Shown piece after piece: positions 50,864-61,510 of a stretch of DNA of 64,000 nucleotides; positions within the stretch are counted from its first letter, which is position 1; the number at the start of each line of letters is the position of its first letter. The translations under genes and the position numbers were made by a program. The notes below the pieces were generated by a model that was given only the letters and a program-made list of their open reading frames with translations, made no database searches and had not been told where the DNA came from. The stretch is from Octopus sinensis (taxonomy: Eukaryota), in NCBI RefSeq assembly GCF_006345805.1, contig NC_043004.1, positions 72,788,001 to 72,852,000 on the forward strand. Reading direction: 5' to 3'.

Positions 50864-52479
50864 AATATTCTATCATATTTAATCGTGTTCCTTTGTGTTT
50901 TGAGCTTGAATTCGGCAACAAACAGCCTTGTCTTTCGTCTTTTTGGAGCTAATGAAATGTGTACCAGTAATATAAAATATACCTCCTATAACCTGTAAAT
51001 GGCTGGCCTTGTGTGGGTTTTAAAAGATTTGGCTGCTATTTCTAGCAGATCGAGTGACCATGTAGTGGCTTCCATGGTTTGAAATATGGGCAGTCATTAG
51101 AGCAGAAAAGCTAGTTATGTTATTTATTGGTAGGTATCAGGTGGAAGCAAAATCTGAGCGAGTGTCAGTGGTTTCTTTTAGTTTACTTTCCACAACAGAA
51201 GGTTTTACACTCTGTTTCATTCCCTGACTTAACCACAATAACAATATGTCATTCCTCTGTCTTTTTTTTACAATCTGGAGGAAATTCAGATGTTTCTTCC
51301 ACAATATTCCAGAATTATCTTCCTTATTGATAAGATAATGGGTTGGGGGTGGGAAAAATGGAGCTACTTTTGATTGAAACCATCATTATCATTGTCATCA
51401 TCATCATCATCATCATTATTTTAATGTCCACTTTTCCATGTTCCCATGGTTTGGACACAAGATGTAGAGGCAGGATGTCTTTCCTGTCACCAACCCTTAT
51501 CTCTTTCCAAATAAGGTAATGTTTCCCCTCCTTAACAAGACATTTTAAGTAACATCACTGTCTTCCACACATACAGGGCTTGTTCTTCGAGGTGCCGGTG
51601 CCACTTAAAAAGCGCTCATGCCAGTATTGCATTAACGCACCCATGTCAGTGCTGCATTAATGCACCAGTGAATGGGGTGACATATAAAATCACGCCACAC
51701 ACTCTGTTAAGTGGTTAGTGTTAGGAAGGGCATCGAGCCATAGAAACCATGCTTCAACAGACGGTCGGGAACTTGGACAGCTCCTTGCTTGCCAGCCCCA
51801 TGTCAAACGGTCCAGCCTATGCTAGCATGGAGACTGGACATTAAATGACGGCGACGATGATGATGAGGATTGGAAATGAAGCACTCTACCTGCATGGGTG
51901 GTGACACTTCATCATCATCATCAACATCGTTTAACGTCCGCTTTCCATGCTGGCATGGGTTGGACGGTTTGACTGAGAACTGGCAAGCCAGATGGCTGCA
52001 CCTGGCTCCAATCTACTGCTGGATGCCCTTCCTAAAGCCAACCACTCCGAGAGTGTAGTGGGTGCTTTTTACATGCCACCGGCACAAGGGCCAGTCAGGC
52101 GGTATTGGCGATGGCCACGCTCAAATAGTGTTTTTTATGTGTCACCTGCACAGGAGCCAGTCCAGCGGCACTGGCAATGACCTCGCTCGAATGTTGTTTT
52201 TCATGTTCTACCAGCACAAGTGCCAGTAGGGTGATGCTGGCAATGATCACGCTCGAATGGTGTCTTTTATGTGCTACCGGCATGGGAGCCAGTCAGCAGC
52301 CCTGGCAACGATCATACTCAGATGGTGCTTTTAACATTCCACTGGCATGGGTTGTTTACAGATATGTTTTACTAATATGCAAAGTCAAGGCAAGGAGACA
52401 GTAACATACACACATGCACATGCACACACACACACACACAGTGGGCTTCTTTCAGTTTCCACCTACAAATTCCACTCAT

Positions 52480-52926
52480 TGAAACTCCGATGTCTGGCAG
52501 CTGACTTGGCAGACACCCATAAAATTATCAACCATCGCACAAACAATAACTCTGAGCACCTCTTCAAACTCCACCCATCTAACACCCGTGGACATATTTA
52601 CAAAGTAAGAAAACAGCACAGCTCCCATGACTTGAGGAAACATTTTTTCACGCTGAGAGTTGCTGAAGCATGGAACAAACTGCCGGCATCGGTTGTTAGT
52701 TGTCGGAGCACTGCATCCTTCAAAACTTCCATACTTCCTGAGATTCGCCAACACTACACTTGATTTTCTCCCCTCCATACACACACAAGCATGTATCTGA
52801 CTCATACATTGTTCGCTTTCCAGACATTTGTACATTACTGCATGTACTTTATATGCACTTTCTGACAAGTTGTGGTGCACCTGAGCACTGTGTACAATAA
52901 TTTCATTATTATTATTATTATTATTA
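52480..52926 (+). mobile_element. 3' fragment of a CR1 LINE with (ATT)n tail, nested in a SINE
   Basis: NTRGHIYKV..LRKHFFTLRVAEAWNKLPASVV..SFK, typical CR1 ORF2 C-terminus; the host SINE resumes at AGCTTTGG. Confidence 0.85.
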
Positions 52927-53146
52927 AGCTTTGGTTAGCCTAGAACTACATAGTACAAAACAGTTGCCTGAAGTGTCATGCAGTGAGATTGAACTCAAAA
53001 CCCTGTGGCTGGAGAGCAAACTTCTTACCACACAGCCAAACCTGCCTCTCTGTCCCCCTCCACCGCCTTATTTGACATTCTTTACTTTTCTCTCAACTTG
53101 AATGTCCAAGATATGATTCACTTGTTTATCCTTACCTGGTGATTAG

Positions 53147-53248
53147 AACACAGAGGGAGGTTGAACGACGTCAAATTATGATTGATGAACTCTCCAGTAA
53201 ACAAATGAAGCTGGAACTGGCATTCCGCAATGAAGGTGACAACATCAG
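53147..53248 (+). CDS. STX8: Syntaxin-8 coding exon 4 (102 nt)
   Basis: GATTAG|A ACA CAG..ATC AG|GTAAGT; TQREVERRQIMIDELSSKQMKLELAFRNEGDNI, similar to human TQLEGDRRQNLLDDL..SFKNEG. Confidence 0.92.
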
Positions 53249-53879
53249 GTAAGTCCATTTTTGTCCTGTTTTTAACCCTTTCTCATTTAAACCTGCCGTA
53301 TCTGGCCAAAATATATTCTACCCGTTTTATGTTCAAACTGATTAGATCTGACATGTCACACCTACCCAGCAATGTCATTCTAAAAATAAGCAAACGTATC
53401 ATTGGGATCTCTTGCCCTTGGACGGCAGATTGAGAAATTAATTTTTTGTTACTAAACACTTTCAGACTTCGGACACTGGTAGAATGTGTCATATAAAACA
53501 TCTTTTACTCTTAGTGTTGTTGAGAAAAGTTTATATTTTCAGAGTTATTTTGTGTTAAAGTTGTCGTATTTTGGTAATTTCAGCTAATCAATGACGTGTA
53601 TTCAGCTGAATAAAAGCACCATCTGATGATGATGATGATGATATATATATATATATGATGGGCTTCTTTCAGTTTCCGTCTACCAGATCCACTTACAAGG
53701 CTTTGGTCAGCCCAAGGCTATAGAAGAAGACATTTGCCATGTAGTGGGACTGAACCTGGAACCATGTGATTGATAAGCAAGCTACTTACATGCAGCTGCT
53801 CCTGTGCCTATGTGAATAATTTTTATTTTTCCTGCTACTTTTACAGACTTCCTTGACTTTCTGTCATCATCCAATTCCA

Positions 53880-54239
53880 TTATTACCTCTGCCTTAGTGA
53901 AGGCAGAGGTATTGTTTTCAGTTGTGTTTGTTTGTTTGTTTTTTTGTCAAGGACCGCTGGATGGATTCACATGAAACTTTCAGGGATAATTGGCCTCATG
54001 ACTGGTATGAACTGATTAGATTTTGAGATCAATCCAATACCGGACAAGGATTCTGGATTATTTTTCCTGTTTTTTTACTTAATTTTTGAGAGTGGTTGGA
54101 TTCATTTTTAGTATTCTCGTTTATGAGAGCAGTCGAGATTATTTCAAATATTCTCATTTTAAAAATCATCTCCAGCTAATTATTGAGAGGACGTTGGTGT
54201 TGCCTTGGTGGAGGTTTGTGCTCTCTGAATGCTCTTGTT
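53880..54239 (+). mobile_element. Helentron-associated (DINE-1/HINE-like) non-autonomous element
   Basis: 5' hairpin TACCTCTGCCTT-AGTG-AAGGCAGAGGTA, (GTTT)n, 3' subterminal GGTGGAGGT..CTCT..CTTGTT. Confidence 0.6.
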
Positions 54240-54569
54240 ATGAATTTGAAATGAGTCTTTCATTAGCTGATTCTTCTAAGATTCCTCTGCTCAGCATCAA
54301 TGTTAGAAACACCATCAGCTTCTTCACAATCCACCATGCTACAGTCCCATGACTTCACTGTATCTCTGGCTAGGATACAGTGGCTGATTGCATGTTATGC
54401 TTTGCCAATGGGCAAAACATAGCTATGTGGTGCACCATTGTCACTCCATGGGGTATTTTGAAAATTAATACTACATGAGGAAGGTTGCGAAACAGCTGTA
54501 ATCTTACGGAAGTTACAGGTATAGATAGATACATATTCACCTCTGACACCTCCTGACTTTATGGTTTTA

Positions 54570-54680
54570 TGTATGTATATATGTGTGTGTGTGTGTGTGT
54601 ATCCATCCATCTATCTATTCATCTATCTATCCATCTATCTATGTGTGTGTGTGTCTACACCTACCTATCTCTCTGTTTAA

Positions 54681-54722
<42 letters not shown>

Positions 54723-54723
54723 G

Positions 54724-54766
<43 letters not shown>

Positions 54767-54767
54767 G

Positions 54768-54812
<45 letters not shown>

Positions 54813-54829
54813 GCACACACACACACAGA

Positions 54830-54873
<44 letters not shown>

Positions 54874-54905
54874 ACGCACACACACACACATACACACACA
54901 CACTC
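54570..54905. repeat. Compound microsatellite (TG)n-(TCTA)n-(CA)n
   Basis: Direct reading. Confidence 0.95.
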
Positions 54906-55385
54906 ATTCACATGTTTCTGTGTGGTGCAGATTACTATGCACATACGTACACATGCAAGTAAAAAAAAAAGGAAGAAACAGAAAATAAGAGCAGAATCTC
55001 TGCCTCTGTTCAGAGCTGCCATGCCCTTCCTCTTACCTTCACCCTCCACTCATCTCTCAATGAAGTGTATGTGTGTGGGAGGGAGTGGGGTTTGTTGGGA
55101 GAAGGGGAGTGGGAGTGGCGTGGTATTTACCTTGACATTTTCAACACTTAGAGAATGTGGGAGGCTGTACACTGGAAGTTGTAACTTTTTATGTTAGGTG
55201 TGTGTGTGTTTGTAGGATGGGTGGGTGGGAGACTGGGGATGAGAGAGAGAGAGAGAGAAGGAAGGAAAGAGAGAGAGAGGGAAATAGTGAATGTGAAAAT
55301 AATAGATATAGTGATAAATAGATAGCTAGATGGATTGTTAGATAAGATAGTTGGAGAGATAATCAGATACATCCACATGCATTGT

Positions 55386-55430
<45 letters not shown>

Positions 55431-57277
55431 TAAAATATTTGTGAGATCTATCGTTTTCTATACATCTCTCTGTCTATCTGTTTATATTGTTCCCTCTCTC
55501 TTATATATATATATATATATATATGTGTACATATGTACATATGGCACGTAAAAGCACCATCTGAACGTGGCTGATGCCAGCACTGCCTGACTGGTGTCCG
55601 TGTTCGTGACATGTAAAAACCACCAACCGATCATGGCCGTTTGCCAGCCTCCTCCGGCCCCTGTGCCGGTGGCACATAAAAGCACTCACTACACTCTCAG
55701 AGTGGTTGGCGTTAGGAAGGGCATCCAGCTGTAGAAACACAGCCAGATCAGACTGGAGCCTGGCACAGCCTCCTGGCTTCCCAGACCCCGGTCAAACTGT
55801 CCAACCCTGGAAAATGGATGTTAAATGATGATGATGATGTGTGTGTGTATGTGTATCAAATGTTTAATCCAAAATCGTTAGCATGACAAAATATATCTGA
55901 CTAAGAAATATAGATTAAATAATTCATTCACTCTCAGACTTATTTTTGAGTTCTTTATTCTTAGCAGCTGGACGTAGATTCTTTTGAACTTGTCACACAT
56001 TGAAATGAATATATACATATATTTCTAGAGCATCCAGCCATAGAAACCATGCCAAATCAGACTGGAGTCTGGTTCAGCCTTCAAGCTTACCAGCCCTGGT
56101 TAAACCATCCAGCCCATACCAGCATGGACAATGGACATTAAATGATAATGATAATGATATATATATATATATATATCAGTGCTTAATGTTTGTTTTCCAT
56201 ACTGCTATGGCTTGGACAGTTTGACCAGTGCTGGCCAGTTGGAGAGCTGTGTCAGGCTCCAATGGTCAGTTTTGGCATGGTTTCTATGGCTGATGCCATT
56301 CATAATGCCAACTACATTACAAAGTGTACTGTGAGTGCCTTTTATGTGGCACTGGCACAGATGCTCTTTATGGGGCACCAGCACCGAAAACGTTACCAAG
56401 TATCTTGCATAACAAAAACCCCTTCAGCTGGGAGGGGAGCATGCATGTATGTGTACGTACGTATGTATGTACTTACATACGTACATACATATATATATAT
56501 GAGTATTCTAGACATGCAGCTATATGCATGAGAATTCATACATAAAACAAAGCATACAAATCTACACACACACACATACACACACTCACTCACAAACAAA
56601 CAAAAATGCCCTGTGGATGTTGTTGAAATTCCAATGAAGGAACCTTTTATCTAGGTTAGAAACTAGCTCTTTCTCTATTGGCATGAAATCTTGAAATAAA
56701 ACTAAATAATGACATACATACACCTTCTTTTGATGGCTCAAAACATCCCATAGAGTGAGCAGAAGACCAAAGAACTGGTTTATAGACACATTTGACTTCT
56801 CTTTACCATTGTTACTCAACACAGAGTAGATTACTGTTCCTGAACACTCGGCTGTTTTGGATGTTTTGTTATATTTTGGTGACCTCTGTATTCTAATAGA
56901 TGAAGACTGCATAAATATATTAATATTATTAGCAAACTTGCACAACATGAGATCAAGGATTTAGCAAAACTAATGTGGGACAAACATCCCTGGTGAATGT
57001 GGTAAATTGCATCTCAGGTTGTGGCCACATGAAGATATATATATTTCAAGCACACATGTGTCTTTATGCCAGGTGTTTGAAAAGCTAAAGCATAACAGAG
57101 GGACAAGCACCAGTGTGTGTTGTTGTGGAAGAGATTTGTGGGGTTGAAGGAGATACACTGCTTGACGTAGAGCAGACAAATAGAGATAGACCAATGCAAT
57201 GAAAGAAAAAATAGTCTAGACTAACTGATATTTATGTATGTATGTGTATATATATATATATATATATATACGCACAC

Positions 57278-57308
<31 letters not shown>

Positions 57309-57344
57309 CATACACATATATATACATATATATATATACATATA

Positions 57345-59705
57345 TCCAATGTCCAGCGACGTGAGGACCAAAGAACTGAGGTATTTCGGATTGCTAGACA
57401 GTGTGTGAGAGAAAATAGTGATGTTACAGGAGAGAAATGTGTCCGCATGGATAATGGGGCACTTGCTTTTAATGTTGGTGAAAAGAAAGAGGCTTGGAGA
57501 AGCCATTATGAAAGACTGCTGAATGTGGAGAATGAATGGGTGGAGGAGAGCCTGCCAAATGTTGATCCAGTAGAGGGACCAGCTATCCAAATAGACAGCT
57601 CCCTTGTAGTTAAGGCAATTAAGGGTATGAAACCAGGTAAAGCCCCTGGCCCATCAGGTATCACTGCTGAGATGCTTAAAACAGCTGGTTATGTGGGCTA
57701 TGGCCTAGTCACCCGCATTGTAAACCAGGTAGTTCATAATGGAGTCATACCCAATGACTGGCGTAGCAGCACCATAGTCAACTGCTACAAGGGTAAGGGT
57801 GATGCTCTAGATAAAAATGACTACAGGGGTATTAAACTGTTGGATCAGGTGATGAAGGTCACAGAGAGGGTCATAACCCATCTCATTAGGGAGAGGATTT
57901 GCTTTGATGAGATGCAGTTCGGTTTTGTGCCGGGTAGAAGCACCACTGATGCTATATTCCTGGTCCGACAACTGCAGGAGAAGTACCTAGCTAAAGATAA
58001 ACCCCTCTACATAGCTTTTGTGGACTTGGAGAAAGCCTTTGACAGGGTTCCCCGATCCCTTATCTGGTGGTCGATGCGGAAACTGGAGATTGACGAATGG
58101 CTAATAAGGGCTGTACAGGCTCTATACAGAGAGGCTGTCAGCAAGGTTAGGATTGGCAATGAATATAGTGAAGAATTCCGGGTAGAAGTAGGTGTACACC
58201 AAGGCTCAGCCCTCAGTCCCCTTTTATTCATCATAGTCCTCCAGGCAATAACAGAGGAATTCAAAACAGGTTGCCCCTGGGAGCTCCTCTATGCTGATGA
58301 CCTGGCTCTCATAGCAGAATCACTACTGGAACTAGAAAAGAAATTTCGGGTGTGGAAACAAGGGTTAGAATCAAAGGGCCTTAGAGTAAATGTAGCGAAG
58401 ACCAAAGTTATAGTTAGCAGAAAGGCGAACTCAGCACACACCCCATCGGGCAGGTGGCCCTGCTCGATCTGTAGGAAAGGTGTAGGTAGAAACTCCATAA
58501 GATGCACCCAGTGTAAGCTATGGACGCATAAGAGGTGCAGCAACATCAAAGGGAAATTAACTGATAAGATAGCTTTCATGTGCCGCAGATGCACAGGGAC
58601 AATAGATACCACAAATACTCAGAAAACAGATTCCATCACACTCCAGGGGAAGAAACTAGAAGTAGTTGATAGTTTCCTCTACCTGGGTGACCAAGTTAGT
58701 AGTGGAGGTGGATGCTCAGAGAGTGTCACCACTAGAATACGAATAGCCTGGGCAAAGTTTAGAAAGCTCCTACCCCTACTGGCGACAAAGGGTCTCTCAC
58801 TCAGAGTGAAAGGTAGATTGTATGATGCATGTGTGCAAACTGCCATGCTTCACGGCAGTGAAACATGGGCCGTGACTGCAGAGGACATGCGTAGACTTGA
58901 AAGAAATGAAGTTAGTATGATCCGCTGGATGTGTAATGTCAGTGTGAATGCACGACAGAGTGTAAGCACCCTGAGAGAAATGCTAGACATAAGAAGCATC
59001 AGATGCGTTGTGCAAGAGCGACGCTTGCGATGGTATGGTCATGTACTGCGGATGGATGAGGAGAGATGTGTGAAGAAGTGCCGCTCCCAAACAGTTGAAG
59101 GAATCAGGGGGAGAGGTAGACCCAGGAAGACATGGGATGAGGTAGTCAAGCATGACCTCAGAGCGTTGGACCTCACTGAGGCAATGGCGAAGGACCGAGA
59201 TCTCTGGAGATGTGCTGTGACTACAAAGACCCAGGATGCTTCCGGCACCAGTTCCGCATAGCCCCTGCCCATTCAAAGTACCTTGGATCCCAGAACATCT
59301 CGCTGTGATTGAGGAGACCTGTTGAGTCAAGTGCATGTACATCGAAACAAATATCAATGGAAATAGTAGTTGTGATACCTGTGCCGGTGGCACATAAAAA
59401 GCACCATCTGAATGTGGCCGATGCCAGCGCCGCCTTGGCTGGCTTCCGTGCTGGTGGCACATTAAAAGCACCAACCGATCATGGCCGATGCCAGACCCCC
59501 CTGACACCTGTGCAGGTGGCACGTAAAAAGCACACACTACACTCGCGGAGTGGTTGGCATTAGGAAGGGCATCCAGCTGTAGAAACACTGGCAGATCAGA
59601 CTGGAGCCTGGTGCAGCCCTGGCTTCCCAGACCCCGGTCGAACCGTCCAACCTGTGCTGGCGCGGAAAACGGACGTTAAACGATGATGATGATGATGATG
59701 GTGAT
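57345..59705 (+). mobile_element. 5'-truncated RTE LINE with complete 3' UTR and (GAT)n tail, inserted in (TA)n
   Basis: RT ORF to 59261; 3' UTR with a few ~60-bp GTGGCACRTAAAAAGCAC units; tail at 59682-59700. Confidence 0.92.
57347..59261 (+). CDS. RTE reverse transcriptase (no APE, 5'-truncated) with an embedded PHD finger
   Basis: Uninterrupted frame: [64 protein letters not shown]; C4HC3 motif at 58461-58592. Confidence 0.9.
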
Positions 59706-59715
59706 ATATATATAG

Positions 59716-59770
<55 letters not shown>

Positions 59771-59869
59771 CATCTCATCATCATCATTAACATCCAGTGT
59801 TTTAAATCTGGGTTTTGTTTCCGTTAACAGGGGTGGCCAGATCTACTGCAATGCCATAGCAACCACCCT

Positions 59870-60260
59870 CACACCATCTCGTCATCTTGTCTGGTTTTGG
59901 GTTTCCTCCTTTTTCAAATCAACCTTTCCGATCTCCTCCACCTGTCCCCTCTTCCTTTTCTTCGGTCTACTTCGCTTTCGCACTCCATTTACCTCAAACT
60001 CAAGCACCCTCCTCAGAACATGCTCTTCATCCCTCCTCAACATATGCCCATACCACCTCACTCCATTCACCCTTGCCAACCATTCCGATTCCTCCAATCC
60101 CAGCATTCCCATCAAGTCCTCAGTCCTCCTCCTATAAAATAGCTTCACCCCCCCCCACACACATTTCTCTCACAGTTGCTCTCTCAGTCCTTCTCAAAAT
60201 TACCATCTCTCTCTCCCTCAGACATCATGTCTCACTCGCATACAGCATTGCAGTTCTCAC
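59870..60260 (-). mobile_element. Decayed 3' fragment of another RTE family
   Basis: ARVNGVRWYGHMLRRDEEHVLRRVLEFEVNGVRKRSRPKK. Confidence 0.7.
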
Positions 60261-60420
60261 ACAACTCATATGTACACCAATTTGATCTCCACTCATTTAT
60301 TATTTATGTTTTTTCTTCCAAAATTTTCATTGCTTTTGTAGCCTTGTCAACAATGGAACAGAGTCAGCATCCATTGACAAGGTTGCAAAAGCAATAAAAA
60401 TTTTGGAAGAAAAAAATATA

Positions 60421-60790
60421 AACGAGATCACACAGAGAGTGCAAACCTCTACCATGGCAACACCAACGTCCTCTCAACGATTAGCCGGAGATGATTTTTG
60501 AAATAAGAATATATGAAATAAACTCGACTGCTCTCACAAATGAGAATACTAAAACTGAACCTGACCGCTCTCAAAAATTAAGCAAAAAAAACAGGAAAAA
60601 TAATCCAGAAGCCTTATCTGGTACTGGATCGATCCCAAAATCTAATCAGTTCGTGCCAGTCATGAGGCCAAACATCCCTGAAAGTTTCATCCGAATCCAT
60701 CCAGCTGTTCTTGAGATATCTTGTCCATGGACAAACAAACAAGCACAACTGACAACAATACCTCTGCCTTCACTAAGGCAGAAGTAATAA
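60421..60790 (-). mobile_element. Second Helentron-associated element, inverted relative to 53880-54239
   Basis: Reverse-complement homology along its length, including the terminal hairpin at 60759-60790. Confidence 0.65.
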
Positions 60791-61476
60791 TGAATGGGTG
60801 GAAATCGAACTGGTGTGTATGTTAGACAATATGGCATCAAGACACGCAAATTCAATGATTGGCACCCATGCCAGTGGAGCACTAAGTGCACCATCCGTGC
60901 GCGATCGCTATGAGAGCAACTGACTGGCTTCCATACCTGTGGCATGTAGAAAGCACCATTCAAAAGTGATCGTTACTAACGTCGCCTTACTGGCACTTGT
61001 GCCGGTGGTACGTGAAAAACATTCGAGCGAGGTTGTTGCCAGTGCCGCTGGACTGGCTCCTGTGCAGGTGGCATGTAAAAATTCACCACTTGAGAATGGC
61101 CGTTACCAGTACCACTGACTGGCCCTTGTGCCGGTGGCATGTAAAAGCACCCATTACACTATCAGTGTGGTTGGTGTTAGGAAGGGCATCTAGCTGTAGA
61201 AACTCTGCCAGATCAGATTGGAGCCTGGTGCAGCCATCTGGTTTGCCAGCCCTCAGTCTAGTCGTCCAACTCATGCTAGCATGGAAAGCAGATGTTAAAC
61301 GACGACGATGATGATGATGATTCTCCTCCTCCTCCTCCCAAGTCTGCTTCCCAACCACATGGTTCCAGGTTCAGTACCATTACGTGGCACCTTGGGCAAG
61401 CATCTGCCTTAATTTCAGGCCGACCAAAGCCTTGTGAGTGGACTTGGTAGACAGAAACTGGAAGAAGCCCATTGTG

Positions 61477-61507
<31 letters not shown>

Positions 61508-61510
<3 letters not shown>

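Larger units (their letters stand above)
41943..53146 (+). other. STX8: U12-type GT-AG intron (STX8 intron 3, 11,204 nt)
   Basis: 5' splice site GTATCCTTT; branch site TCCTTAC at 53129-53135, 12 nt from the AG; no polypyrimidine tract. Confidence 0.85.

Noticed and set aside
54489-54500. GAAACAGCTGTA, the 3' half of a hammerhead
   Set aside because: No convincing CTGANGA or stem I upstream; at most a decayed remnant
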